From positions 1 through 40,166 of IMG/VR virus record IMGVR_UViG_3300005573_000164: a DNA stretch of 40,166 bases, one strand, 5' to 3'. This stretch comes from a virus. Lineage: Duplodnaviria; Caudoviricetes. Below, one piece after another: positions 1-9,685 of the stretch (the stretch's first letter is position 1; each line of letters opens with the position of its first letter). Both the position numbers and the translations under genes were made by a program. Under the pieces are notes generated by a model, which searched no databases, had not been told where the DNA came from, and saw nothing but the letters and a program-made list of their open reading frames with translations.

Positions 1-121
1 CCGCAATCATGGAACATCATGGCTGATACATTCATCGGACTTGGACTCGACTACCGCGAGTTTGTGAACGGCGCGAACGCGGCGACCGGAGAGGTCGTCA
101 AGAACGCGCAGGCCAGCTTCA
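1..121. repeat. Terminal direct repeat (assembly circularity overlap), identical to 40046-40166
   Basis: ccgcaatcatggaac...gcgcaggccagcttca is present at both ends. It overlaps the start of the tape measure gene, so it is most likely an assembly overlap of a circular or permuted genome. Confidence 0.95.
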
Positions 122-3114
122 ACAGGCTCGCCCAGAACGCTTCCCGCATGTACGGCTACGGGTATGGCCGCCCGATCGCCGTGGGCAGCCGGCTGGCGCA
201 CGGACTCGCCGGACCAGTGTTCGCGCCCGCGTTGGCCGCCACCGCCGCCGTGGTCGGCGCGATGGCCATTGCCCGCCGGTCCGCTGCGCTGACCGGCAAG
301 GCGATCTCCAAGGAATTCAATCTTGCCGCCGTGCTGAACCGCAACCTCGCGCCAGTCAAAGCAGCGTGGGCCAAGACCACTGCTCCATTCAAAGTGCCGA
401 TTCATGAAGCGTGGGGTAAAAGAACCGTCCCAATCCCCGACGAGTTGACCAAGAACACTTCTGTTGCGCGGTTGGCGCTGGCCGGTGCCGCTCAAAAAAT
501 GAGAGGCAAGATTGGCAAGTTGACCGATCCCCAAGGCGTCCTGCAGTTAAAACAACTGTCCAAGGCTCTGGCCGATGCCCAAACGGCATACGAAAAGTCG
601 CTGTCACCGCTCAAGAAATATGCGGCGGAACATCATGCCGCCCAAACCAAAATCGAGGCAATTCAGAAATTGCGAGCCGAAGTGCAGGAACGGAAAGAAT
701 TGGTGCGGCTATCGAAGGCATCGCTAACTGCCTTCGACAAGAATGCTGGAAAGAGTTGGCTCGGAGATATGTCACGGCGACTTGTGCTCAGTAAAGATGT
801 GCAGAGCGAGCAAGCCAAGTTGATGCTGGCGCAGTTCAAGCTTCGACAACTCACTGGTGGCACAACCGGCGGGACGCTGACGGCCTTAAAAAGCACCATC
901 CAGAAATCGAAAGCGGCCATGTGGGGCATGGGATTGTCGCCAGAAGTTACCGCCGCGAGAACCAGAGTTGATGACGCCAAACGCGCGCTCATCAGTCGCG
1001 CCCAGGAATTGCGCAAGACCAAGTTCACACCCGCCGCCGCCCGGTCGCAACTCGCGCCACTCGTGGCCGGGTTGAAGGCGGCGCAAGCGGCGGAGGTCGC
1101 CGCGTCAGCGATGAATCCGTGGTTGGTATTCGCCAATGTCGTCCTGTCCGTTCTCGGCGCCGCATTCCGCATCGTTGGCACGATCATCCGGGGAGTCTGG
1201 GCGATTGCCAAGACTTTCTTGCGCGGCATGTGGAATCTGGTGACATCACTGACCCGGGCCGTCATATTGCTCGGCACCGCCATCGGCGCGGCCTTGGCCG
1301 GCGGTATGATGTTCGCCGTGGAACGGATCAAGGAAATTAACTCGTTGTCCCGCGAGACCGGGTTTGCCGCTGCCGACATCTATCTGTTGGAAAAGGCGCT
1401 CTTCCGCACTGGCCTGTCCGCGCAGTCCACCGCCAATCTGATGGCCAAGATGCGGGAGTCAATGATATTTGGGGTAGAGCCACAACTGATTCAGAATCTC
1501 GGCTTGAACCTCGACGCCCTGCGCAAGCTGCCGGTCACGGAACAATTTGCCAAGCTCGCGGACACCATCAACCGGATCGAGAACCCGATTGTGCGCGCGA
1601 AGGTGGCCACACAGTTGCTCGGCGCGGAAGGCGCAAAAGCCGTGGCGAATTTCCAGAAGGGCGACATGGACCTTGCCAAGAAGATGTTCGGTGGCACTAC
1701 CGAAGCCGTGGCGAAAACCGAAGCAGCCGTGGCGATGGCGCATGATAACTGGACCATGATCAAGAACGGCGTCACCGCGTTCTTCGACCGGATTGTAGCC
1801 CGTCTCGGACCGGTCCTCGAAAATCTTTCCGCGTGGTTCGTGGACGTGCTCATCCCCAAGGCGCAGGAATGGGCGGACCAGATTGGGAATACTCTGTCCG
1901 ACATCATCAAAACCGTGGCCGGAGTTGTGGAAGGCGTTAAGCTCAACGTCGGCGGCAAAGAAAAGACGTATGGCATCAAGGAAGTTCTGATTCTTAGTTT
2001 TACGGTCGCCACGCAGCAGTTTGCCGACCTGATGATTCAGGTGATCAAGTTTTCGGGGATGCTGCTGTGGGAAACCCTCAAAATGGCTTTTGCCTTTATC
2101 GGGCAACCTGCCGTTGTTGATGCTTTAACCTCGCTGTTCCGAGCGGCCGGCGATGCCCTATTGGGCGCGTTCCATGTGGCTTTGGATTTCCTGACCAACC
2201 CTACAACGTGGCTCGGACTAACGGAAGTCTGGTTGGGTTGGGAAACGAAGTTAACCGCGGCGCAGATTGATGGTTTACAATTCTACATGAATCTGGTCAA
2301 GGACAGCTGGGGCTATTTGTTCCTGTGGTTAAAGGATAATTTCCTGAGTCTGGCGGAAACATTTGTGACCGGGATCATCCGCGCCATTCCCGCGCTTGCC
2401 AAGGCCCTCAATTTTCTCACCAATCCCATCGGAAATATTCAAAGCGCCGTGGCCGGTTTTATTGGTGAGGCCATTGCCGCCATTGGTCGGGATGTGAAAA
2501 ATGGATCGTCGGGCACAACTTGGGAGGATTACCGGAAGAATAGCAAACCGATTCAGTTGATAGACACCGCGCCGATGCGCCGCGCCGGCGATGCACTGCT
2601 AAAAGCCGGGGGCGACAAATTATTGTCGGCGTGGAATAGCGCCAAGGGTGCCGGGTCAGCAGATTTCAGTGCGGCCAAGGCCGCAGTCATTGCAGCGGTG
2701 GATGCACTCAAGTCGTTGGATTTCTCCGCCTGGGAAGAGTTGGCCAGGAGGATTCCTGAGCTTTGGACGGAATCGGCGGTCACCGTGTTTAGTGATGGGA
2801 AAGTATTGGCCGAGTTGTTGGCCGTTCTTGCCGCCGCCAAAAAACAAGGAACATGGGATTCTAAGGCGGGCGCCAAGCCCGGCGTTGGCGGGGACATCAA
2901 TTCCGGCCAAGTCTTTACCCGGTTTGATGAATACCGGCGGGTGGGTGGCGGCATGGCCGGGGCCGCGCAAGGGTCGTACATCCAGATCGGCCAACGCCAA
3001 TTGTCCGTGCAGGAACGGATGGAAGGGCATCTGGGGAAGATGGCCCAATACTTCATCCGCACCGGCAAGAAGACGACGGCCACGGCAGGCGACCTGTTGT
3101 ACTCCGGTGGATAA
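19..3114 (+). CDS. Tail tape measure protein
   Basis: 1031 aa, Ala-rich and helical with hydrophobic stretches. On the circle it directly follows the frameshifted tail assembly chaperone. Confidence 0.88.
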   Translation: MADTFIGLGLDYREFVNGANAATGEVVKNAQASFNRLAQNASRMYGYGYGRPIAVGSRLAHGLAGPVFAPALAATAAVVGAMAIARRSAALTGKAISKEFNLAAVLNRNLAPVKAAWAKTTAPFKVPIHEAWGKRTVPIPDELTKNTSVARLALAGAAQKMRGKIGKLTDPQGVLQLKQLSKALADAQTAYEKSLSPLKKYAAEHHAAQTKIEAIQKLRAEVQERKELVRLSKASLTAFDKNAGKSWLGDMSRRLVLSKDVQSEQAKLMLAQFKLRQLTGGTTGGTLTALKSTIQKSKAAMWGMGLSPEVTAARTRVDDAKRALISRAQELRKTKFTPAAARSQLAPLVAGLKAAQAAEVAASAMNPWLVFANVVLSVLGAAFRIVGTIIRGVWAIAKTFLRGMWNLVTSLTRAVILLGTAIGAALAGGMMFAVERIKEINSLSRETGFAAADIYLLEKALFRTGLSAQSTANLMAKMRESMIFGVEPQLIQNLGLNLDALRKLPVTEQFAKLADTINRIENPIVRAKVATQLLGAEGAKAVANFQKGDMDLAKKMFGGTTEAVAKTEAAVAMAHDNWTMIKNGVTAFFDRIVARLGPVLENLSAWFVDVLIPKAQEWADQIGNTLSDIIKTVAGVVEGVKLNVGGKEKTYGIKEVLILSFTVATQQFADLMIQVIKFSGMLLWETLKMAFAFIGQPAVVDALTSLFRAAGDALLGAFHVALDFLTNPTTWLGLTEVWLGWETKLTAAQIDGLQFYMNLVKDSWGYLFLWLKDNFLSLAETFVTGIIRAIPALAKALNFLTNPIGNIQSAVAGFIGEAIAAIGRDVKNGSSGTTWEDYRKNSKPIQLIDTAPMRRAGDALLKAGGDKLLSAWNSAKGAGSADFSAAKAAVIAAVDALKSLDFSAWEELARRIPELWTESAVTVFSDGKVLAELLAVLAAAKKQGTWDSKAGAKPGVGGDINSGQVFTRFDEYRRVGGGMAGAAQGSYIQIGQRQLSVQERMEGHLGKMAQYFIRTGKKTTATAGDLLYSGG

Positions 3115-3117
3115 GCC

Positions 3118-3948
3118 ATGCCGATATTCAAAGCCAATAATCTGCCCGTCCTGATCGAGCAACCGGAATCCGGCGAGTGCGAATTTCAGGCCGATGGCCA
3201 ACTATTAATCACGCGGGTCTTCAAAACCCTCAACTACGAAAATGCGTACAACGATGCCCCGCGCCCTGGCGACCCCGACCCGCACGGTCTGACGGCCCGA
3301 TGTTTCGATACGAAGATAGAACGGATTGCGGCCGGGCTGGATGCAGCCGGCAACGAAGTGCCTGCGTGGTGCAAGATCACGTCGCAATATCTCGGCTACC
3401 TCTACATGCCACCGGCCCGGGTGGAACTGATTTCCGCGCGCATGGACCGGCCCATCGAGCAACACCCGGATTTTAATGACACCAGCAAGTTCGGCAGATA
3501 CGCCGGCGATCCGGGAGATGCCCCCATCACCAAGATGCGGGAATGGAGCCAGATGGGCGGATGGAGTTTCAAACAGTTCTATGTCACGGACTCGACACAA
3601 TGGGCGGCCAAACCCCCGACCAAACCCAACGAGCCGGGCGACTGGATTCAGTGCAATGTATCCGGCAAATTTAGGGGAATAGATTCTTACATGGTCCCGA
3701 CGTGGCATTGGCGCGTGACGGATTATCTTTTGCTCCCCGATAGCCCAAACCGGCTGTTCAAACTGGATACGCCGCCATCGGTTCTCATCTGGGATACTTA
3801 CGTTTCCCCACCCGGGACCGGTAACAACAAGTACCTCAAGGTGCAACATGATGTGGTGAACATCCTCAAAGGCCGGGCCGTACTGTGGGAGCGGACCCGG
3901 TCGTGGCTGTATTTCGATGTGGGTTGGATGCCGGAGATCTACGGTTGA
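3118..3948 (+). CDS. Tail tip / distal tail structural protein (putative)
   Basis: 276 aa immediately after the tape measure gene; assigned by position only. Confidence 0.55.
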   Translation: MPIFKANNLPVLIEQPESGECEFQADGQLLITRVFKTLNYENAYNDAPRPGDPDPHGLTARCFDTKIERIAAGLDAAGNEVPAWCKITSQYLGYLYMPPARVELISARMDRPIEQHPDFNDTSKFGRYAGDPGDAPITKMREWSQMGGWSFKQFYVTDSTQWAAKPPTKPNEPGDWIQCNVSGKFRGIDSYMVPTWHWRVTDYLLLPDSPNRLFKLDTPPSVLIWDTYVSPPGTGNNKYLKVQHDVVNILKGRAVLWERTRSWLYFDVGWMPEIYG

Positions 3949-4634
3949 ACCTGTTCAATAATCTTCTGCTGGCAGAAATTGGCAAGCAAGCCGCGTTCGC
4001 TCGATGGGTGCGCAAGTTGGTCGGCCACCTGAACAGCTTGGTGCTGACCGTTGAACCGCCGCTGTACCTGCGGGACGATGGGCCGCATGGCAAGCATTTG
4101 AGCATTAGACTGAGTTCGACACCGCCACCGGAAATGCCGGTGATTAAGCACCCGTTCCAGATTTACCAATACACGCCCGATCCGGAAAACCCGCAAGTCT
4201 CCGATTGGCGAACCGTGCGGGTAAACGAGGGCTACCTGAACGCGAATAAGGGCTGGTCGAGCTTGAACTTTGACACATCTTATGTCCTCAATGCATCAAC
4301 GACCTATCACTTCTGGCTGGAGGTCACCCTCAATACGAGCGGCGATTACATCGGTTGGCCATCTGACGTAAAGGTTGATCGTGGAACCGAGGGCTGGACG
4401 AATTACCCTGACCAGCCGTTGGGGAATTCTGAGACTGGTGCGCCGCCGAGCAAATACTACATCGAGGTGGCTACCGTTACGACGAGTAACGATACGAACA
4501 AAGTGCTGACGATCACGCCGGTTGAGTATGGCAACAAACGGGTGGAGATGGGTGTTGTCGGATGGAGCGTGAACACGGCCAATTTGTGGTGTCTTGTGCG
4601 CCGAATGGTCCATTGGAGCACCGATGCCTGTTGA
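3945..4634 (+). CDS. Tail tip structural protein (putative)
   Basis: TTG start at 3945 overlaps the upstream TGA (TTGA coupling). Beta-rich; lies in the tail module. Confidence 0.5.
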   Translation: MNLFNNLLLAEIGKQAAFARWVRKLVGHLNSLVLTVEPPLYLRDDGPHGKHLSIRLSSTPPPEMPVIKHPFQIYQYTPDPENPQVSDWRTVRVNEGYLNANKGWSSLNFDTSYVLNASTTYHFWLEVTLNTSGDYIGWPSDVKVDRGTEGWTNYPDQPLGNSETGAPPSKYYIEVATVTTSNDTNKVLTITPVEYGNKRVEMGVVGWSVNTANLWCLVRRMVHWSTDAC

Positions 4635-5367
4635 CCTTACCATTCTGACAATCAGCGGCTGGACGGGCGGAGAGACTGCGCCGTACCCGCCGCCGATGTT
4701 TCCTCGCCTCTTGTCAGGGCGTTATGGTGGCTTATCCAGGAACTACCCGATGTGTCCACGCTCGCAACTCTGGTACGGGCCGGCATTCCCTGAGCTTCCT
4801 TGCAAGATTGAGGTGTTAAATGATGAAGATCTTGTCAAGGAATGGGTGATATGGCGAGAAAACGCCGGGCATTGGCAATATGTGAAAGACATAATTGTTG
4901 AGATTCCAACAGCACCTCAATTCTGCCCAAATAATGGGACAGTTGAGGGGATTGGCTCATGGTCGGGCACTCTCATAGACAGTCTTTACGGTGTGGAAAC
5001 TGAGATCGGTAATGCAAGCGGTACCTTTGGCCTGAAGCATATCTGTCAACGAGAAACAATCAGTGAAGGGACTTGGGCCTGGATGGAGCTATATTTGACG
5101 ATGAAGGTCAACGAGTCTGATGGCAACGGGATAGGATCAGAACGGGGGTTCAATTTTGATCCACTTATTTTGCAGGGATATGAACAATTTAATTATTCAG
5201 GCCATGAGACGCTTAGCTATGCAACAACTGGTTCGGAGGACCCAGACTTTTATCCTTTTCCCTTCAGTCCTGGTCCCGGTCCTTTATCATGGTTCTTCGG
5301 CAGCACAGTTCAATCTCCAAACATCACGATAAAGATTCAACTCGATACATCGCTTTGGCCGATATGA
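4624..5367 (+). CDS. Hypothetical tail/receptor-binding-region protein, low-GC
   Basis: ATG at 4624 overlaps the end of the upstream gene; codons are visibly more AT-rich than its neighbours. Confidence 0.5.
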   Translation: MPVDLTILTISGWTGGETAPYPPPMFPRLLSGRYGGLSRNYPMCPRSQLWYGPAFPELPCKIEVLNDEDLVKEWVIWRENAGHWQYVKDIIVEIPTAPQFCPNNGTVEGIGSWSGTLIDSLYGVETEIGNASGTFGLKHICQRETISEGTWAWMELYLTMKVNESDGNGIGSERGFNFDPLILQGYEQFNYSGHETLSYATTGSEDPDFYPFPFSPGPGPLSWFFGSTVQSPNITIKIQLDTSLWPI

Positions 5368-5446
5368 GGTTGACCGCCGCGCTGGAACAGGCGCAAGCGG
5401 CCTCAGCAGCGGCCGGCGCGGTGGGCGGCCTTGTTGCGGAGGATAA

Positions 5447-5472
5447 TTGACACTAACCGATAGATTGAGATG
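5447..5472 (+). promoter_or_regulatory. TTGAC-N~18-ATG late-gene motif
   Basis: TTGACA at 5447 and ATG at 5470 (23 nt apart); the same spacing occurs at 34922/34945 and 35477/35500. Confidence 0.55.
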
Positions 5473-6363
5473 AATTTCGATTACCATTACGACCTGATCA
5501 TCAATCTCGCCGGCGGGCCAACCGGGGCGCTTTTGAAATCCACAACCAGCCTGGCCGCGGGCCCCAAGCCGGTCTGGAAGCAGAACGATAATTTCAATCT
5601 CCGGCTGTGGTTCGTCACCCCCGGCGCCACCCTGGCGGACCCGCCCATTCTGACGCCGCTTGATGACGATGCTGTGATCGCGCTCGGGGCGAGGCCGAAG
5701 AGCAACTTGGAAGACGATGGGCTGTTGTTCTTTGTCACGGACTTCACACCGATCATGGAAGGGTCGCCGCCCACGGTAACGCACTACGAAAAGTTTTTGA
5801 ACCTGAACACCACGGCGCTCAATACCGCCTTGCAGGGCAAGTCCAAGCTGGAAGTCGTCGTTGATTTGGAGATCCGGAACGCGGACGACACCCAACGCAT
5901 CACCATTCCGCAGTTTGATGCCACAATTCTCCGCGACATCTACCGCGGCACCGAAGGCGTCCCAATTGAAGGAAATCCCGTTTACCCGGTCCCGTCAGCG
6001 ATTGAGCTTGTCGCGCGCAAAGGGCAGCCCAATGGCTACGCGCCACTCGATGACAACGGCTTGGTGCCGGCGGAACATCTCATCCTGCCGTCCGCGCTGA
6101 TAATCAAACTCACCCTCACCGACAACGAAACTTTGACATTGCCGGAAGGATTGACGGATGGCCAAGTGGTGCGATGGTGGATTACGCAGGGCGGCGACGG
6201 CGGCTACACGCTCACCCCATCCGAGGATTTCATCCTGCCCAACGGCATCACCGAGCTGACCCTCTCCACAACGCCAGGCTCATGCGACCTGCTCATCGGG
6301 GAATATCATGCCGACTCTGGCAAGATGTACCTCACCGGCCTGATCCTCTACACCGCCAACTAA
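5470..6363 (+). CDS. Tail fibre / baseplate-attachment protein
   Basis: 297 aa; contains KGQPNGYAPLDDNGLVP, a motif type common in phage tail fibres; precedes the repeat protein. Confidence 0.6.
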   Translation: MNFDYHYDLIINLAGGPTGALLKSTTSLAAGPKPVWKQNDNFNLRLWFVTPGATLADPPILTPLDDDAVIALGARPKSNLEDDGLLFFVTDFTPIMEGSPPTVTHYEKFLNLNTTALNTALQGKSKLEVVVDLEIRNADDTQRITIPQFDATILRDIYRGTEGVPIEGNPVYPVPSAIELVARKGQPNGYAPLDDNGLVPAEHLILPSALIIKLTLTDNETLTLPEGLTDGQVVRWWITQGGDGGYTLTPSEDFILPNGITELTLSTTPGSCDLLIGEYHADSGKMYLTGLILYTAN

Positions 6364-6375
6364 GGGGTGCTCCAA

Positions 6376-8460
6376 ATGGCTATCAACAAAGCAACAGTCA
6401 TCACTTACGACGATCAAGACCAAGACCAAGTCGCAGCCCTTGCTGCCTTGGTTAGCGCAGGGGCAGTTAACAATGGACACGGTATTGCTTCCGGGGACGA
6501 GACTTATTACACAGCCGGCATCCTCGACGTCTACGGTAACCAAAACGCCACCGGCATCCTCGACGCCAATGGTGAACATAAAGCCGCCGGCATTATAGAT
6601 TCCGGCGGAGTTTATAAGTCCACTGGCATCCTCGACGTCAACGGCGACTACTACGGCGTCGGCATCATCGACTCCAACGGCTACTACAACGCCACCGGCA
6701 TCCTCGACGCCAATGGTGAACGTAACGCCACCGGCATCCTCGACGTCAACGGCGACTACTACTACGCCGGCATCATCGATGGATACGGCGACTACAACCA
6801 CCACGGCATCGTTACCTCATTCGGTGACCGCTACGACGACGGCATCCTCTGGGACTCTGATGGCAATGGATGGATGGTAAGGGAGGCCACCGGCATCCTC
6901 GACCTCAACGGAGACTACAACGCCACCGGCATCCTCGACCTCAACAGTAACTTCAATTCCACCGGCATCCTCGACCTCAACAGTAACTTCAATTCCAGCG
7001 GCATCCTCGACTCCAACGGCTACCGCTACAGCCGCGGCATCTTCGACGTCAACGGCAACGTCAATACCACCGGCATCCTCGACGTCAACGGCGACTACTA
7101 CTACGCCGGCATCCTCGACTCCAACGGCGACTACTACGGCAGCGGCACCATCGATGTCAACGGTAACTTCAATCCCAACGGCATCCTCGACGGATATGGC
7201 AATCACTATGATACGGGCATCCTCGACTCCAACGGCTACCGCTACAGCCGCGGCATCCTCGACGCCAATGGTGAACGTAACGCCACCGGCATCCTCGACG
7301 CCAATGGTGAACGTAACGCCACCGGCATCCTCGACTCCAACGGCGACTACTACTACGCCGGCATCATCGATGGATACGGCGACTACAACCACCACGGCAT
7401 CGTTACCTCATTCGGTGACCGCTACGACGACGGCATCCTCTGGGACTCTGATGGCAATGGATGGATGGTAAGGGAGGCCACCGGCATCCTCGACCTCAAC
7501 GGAGACTACAACGCCACCGGCATCCTCGACCTCAACAGTAACTTCAATTCCACCGGCATCCTCGACCTCAACAGTAACTTCAATTCCAGCGGCATCCTCG
7601 ACTCCAACGGCTACCGCTACAGCCGCGGCATCTTCGACGTCAACGGCAACGTCAATACCACCGGCATCCTCGACGTCAACGGCGACTACTACTACGCCGG
7701 CATCCTCGACTCCAACGGCGACTACTACGGCAGCGGCACCATCGATGTCAACGGTAACTTCAATCCCAACGGCATCCTCGACGGATATGGCAATCACTAT
7801 GATACGGGCATCCTCGACTCCAACGGCGACTGCCGCGCCGCTGGCATCTTCGATGGGACGACTTGGTACGCTTCTGGTGGCTTGAGTAACTCCGGGAATT
7901 ACGGAGCCACCGGTGGTTTACTTGATGGCGATTGGATTCCTGATGGAGCGTTGAGAACTGGTGTATGGGACACCGCCGCCGCAGTTTGGGATGGCTCAAA
8001 TTGGCAGTATGGTGGTATCGTTTATGGTTCGACTGAAATCGGGCTAGGGACTTACGCCGCTACCGGCATCCTCGACGTCAACGGCGACTACTACGGCAGC
8101 GGCACCATCGATGTCAACGGTAACTTCAATCCCAACGGCATCCTCGACGTCAACGGCGACTACTACGCCACCGGCATCCTCGACCCCAGCGGTAACTTCA
8201 ATTCCAGCGGCATCCTCGACGTCAACGGCGGCTACTACGCCACCGGCATCCTTGACCTCAGCGGTAATTTCAATACCAGCGGCATCCTCGACTTCGGCGG
8301 CACCTACTACGGCGTCGGCATCATCGATTCCAACGGCTACCGCTATAGCCTCGGCATCATGGACGCCAACGGCAACTACAACGCCACAGGCACCCTAGAC
8401 GTTTTTGGAAATTACATTCCGCTGCGAGACGGGTTCGGCGGCGGGGTGTTCACGTTATAA
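6376..8460 (+). CDS. 12-aa tandem-repeat (xTGILDxNGxYY) acidic fibre-like protein
   Basis: About 47 GILDxNG-type repeats of 36 bp; D/N/G/Y-rich; sits at the end of the tail module; ATG at 6376. Confidence 0.75.
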   Translation: MAINKATVITYDDQDQDQVAALAALVSAGAVNNGHGIASGDETYYTAGILDVYGNQNATGILDANGEHKAAGIIDSGGVYKSTGILDVNGDYYGVGIIDSNGYYNATGILDANGERNATGILDVNGDYYYAGIIDGYGDYNHHGIVTSFGDRYDDGILWDSDGNGWMVREATGILDLNGDYNATGILDLNSNFNSTGILDLNSNFNSSGILDSNGYRYSRGIFDVNGNVNTTGILDVNGDYYYAGILDSNGDYYGSGTIDVNGNFNPNGILDGYGNHYDTGILDSNGYRYSRGILDANGERNATGILDANGERNATGILDSNGDYYYAGIIDGYGDYNHHGIVTSFGDRYDDGILWDSDGNGWMVREATGILDLNGDYNATGILDLNSNFNSTGILDLNSNFNSSGILDSNGYRYSRGIFDVNGNVNTTGILDVNGDYYYAGILDSNGDYYGSGTIDVNGNFNPNGILDGYGNHYDTGILDSNGDCRAAGIFDGTTWYASGGLSNSGNYGATGGLLDGDWIPDGALRTGVWDTAAAVWDGSNWQYGGIVYGSTEIGLGTYAATGILDVNGDYYGSGTIDVNGNFNPNGILDVNGDYYATGILDPSGNFNSSGILDVNGGYYATGILDLSGNFNTSGILDFGGTYYGVGIIDSNGYRYSLGIMDANGNYNATGTLDVFGNYIPLRDGFGGGVFTL
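6688..7827 (+). repeat. Internal near-identical duplication, 6688-7236 vs 7279-7827 (offset 591 bp)
   Basis: Direct comparison: the unique segment HHGIVTSFGDRYDDGILWDSDGNGWMVREA occurs twice. Confidence 0.9.
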
Positions 8461-8494
8461 CTGAACCCAAACAAAAGAAAGGCAGGTAAACAAA

Positions 8495-8710
8495 ATGGCA
8501 TTCACAAAAATCGAAAAAGTAGCGGCAGGCGTTCTCCGTGTCACTCGCAAGGTCCCGGTTCGTGGCGCTGACGGCAAGACCGTTGAGGTCGAAGTCTCCG
8601 GTATCATGACCGAGGAACAAGTGAAGGCGCGGGTCGCGCAGGTCTCTGCGCAAACGACCGAAGCGCAAGCCGAACTCAACCAACTGCAAGAAGCGTTGAA
8701 GGCACCATAA
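8495..8710 (+). CDS. Small coiled-coil protein (possible fibre chaperone)
   Basis: 71 aa with a C-terminal coiled coil, downstream of the repeat protein. Confidence 0.5.
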   Translation: MAFTKIEKVAAGVLRVTRKVPVRGADGKTVEVEVSGIMTEEQVKARVAQVSAQTTEAQAELNQLQEALKAP

Positions 8711-8716
8711 CAATCA

Positions 8717-9001
8717 ATGATTGAATGCACCATGACACCCGAAGCCAAAGCCGCGATGGAAAAAAAGGTCAAGGCGGTGTTTACCGACGACCAGGTGATT
8801 GCTCTCGACTACGTTGCCAAAAGTGCGGCGATGGAAGTCGTGGAGCTTCACACGCAGGAATGCCCGTTCAAAATCGAGGTTCAAAAGGGTATCACCCGTT
8901 ATGCCCTGATCGGCCTCGCAACAATCGGGTCAATGCTCATCGCGCTGGGCGCAATCCTGTACGGCTGGTGGAAGGCAAAGAATGGCGAAATTTGCCAATG
9001 A
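8717..9001 (+). CDS. Holin-like single-TM membrane protein
   Basis: 94 aa with a C-terminal TM (ALIGLATIGSMLIALGAILYGWW) and basic tail, in the usual lysis position. Confidence 0.45.
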   Translation: MIECTMTPEAKAAMEKKVKAVFTDDQVIALDYVAKSAAMEVVELHTQECPFKIEVQKGITRYALIGLATIGSMLIALGAILYGWWKAKNGEICQ

Positions 9002-9591
9002 AGCAACTCCTGAAAGTCTTCTGGCCGGTATTCGTCATTTATGCCATAGTCGGTGTCCTAATCTGGGTTATTTGCGGTTGTGCAAGCACAACATTAAACC
9101 CATTGGTAGGGCAATCGAGTGTGATAGCGGATGCGGATGGCCATGTTGCGCGGGCGCAAGACAATATTCACGTCGCGCAAAAGGAAAAGGTCGCGGCTAC
9201 GGCAGTGCCATTGGCAGTTGCTGACTCGGAACTGACGCAGGCACGGGAAAAACTACTGCTCGCAAAAGGTGGAAATGCGGCAGCGGAGAAGCAAATCGCC
9301 AAACTCCAAAAAGAACTGGCCGACTACAAAGACTCCATGCTCACCAAAGTACGAAAGGTATTATGGTTGACGGCGGCCGGATTGGCAGTAACCGCTCTCG
9401 GCTGGCTGGCCGTGGCGTACTTTACGGGAATGATTGGAGCGGTGAGGATCGCCATTGGCTTCTTTGCGTCGGCAGCAATTACCGCGTGCGCGGCATATTG
9501 GCTCAAAATGATACTTATCATCACCGGCATTGCCATTGTCATCGGCGCGGCGGTCTACGCCGCTTTCAGACTGTTCAAGCATCAACCGTAG
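8998..9591 (+). CDS. Lipoprotein with coiled coil and C-terminal TMs (spanin-like)
   Basis: ATG at 8998 (ATGA overlap); signal peptide ending in the lipobox-like ICGC, then a coiled coil and about 3 TM helices. Confidence 0.5.
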   Translation: MKQLLKVFWPVFVIYAIVGVLIWVICGCASTTLNPLVGQSSVIADADGHVARAQDNIHVAQKEKVAATAVPLAVADSELTQAREKLLLAKGGNAAAEKQIAKLQKELADYKDSMLTKVRKVLWLTAAGLAVTALGWLAVAYFTGMIGAVRIAIGFFASAAITACAAYWLKMILIITGIAIVIGAAVYAAFRLFKHQP

Positions 9592-9595
9592 GGAA

Positions 9596-9668
9596 ATGAG
9601 CGAGCGTCACCAGCGGCCGCGCTTGGCTCGCTGTCGGGAGTCTCTGGCGCTGGTGACGGGTCGTTCAT
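9596..9668. terminator. Long hairpin between the converging late and early arms
   Basis: CGTCACCAGCG (9605-9615) pairs with CGCTGGTGACG (9648-9658), extended by ATGAGCGA/TCGTTCAT. No clear U-tract. Confidence 0.45.
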
Positions 9669-9685
9669 CGTGCCCGGGATTGGCG

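Noticed and set aside
1-121. Biological terminal repeat (T7-like DTR)
   Set aside because: It overlaps the start of a coding gene, and the GpA-type terminase suggests cos ends elsewhere; an assembly overlap is more likely.
6500-8400. CRISPR array or DGR template/variable repeat in the 36-bp repeats
   Set aside because: The repeats are in-frame coding units with no unique spacers, the differences are not adenine-specific, and no reverse transcriptase or cas gene is present.
9596-9668. Additional attC site
   Set aside because: The inner stem is perfect with no extrahelical base, and the left end lacks AAC; kept only as a hairpin or terminator.
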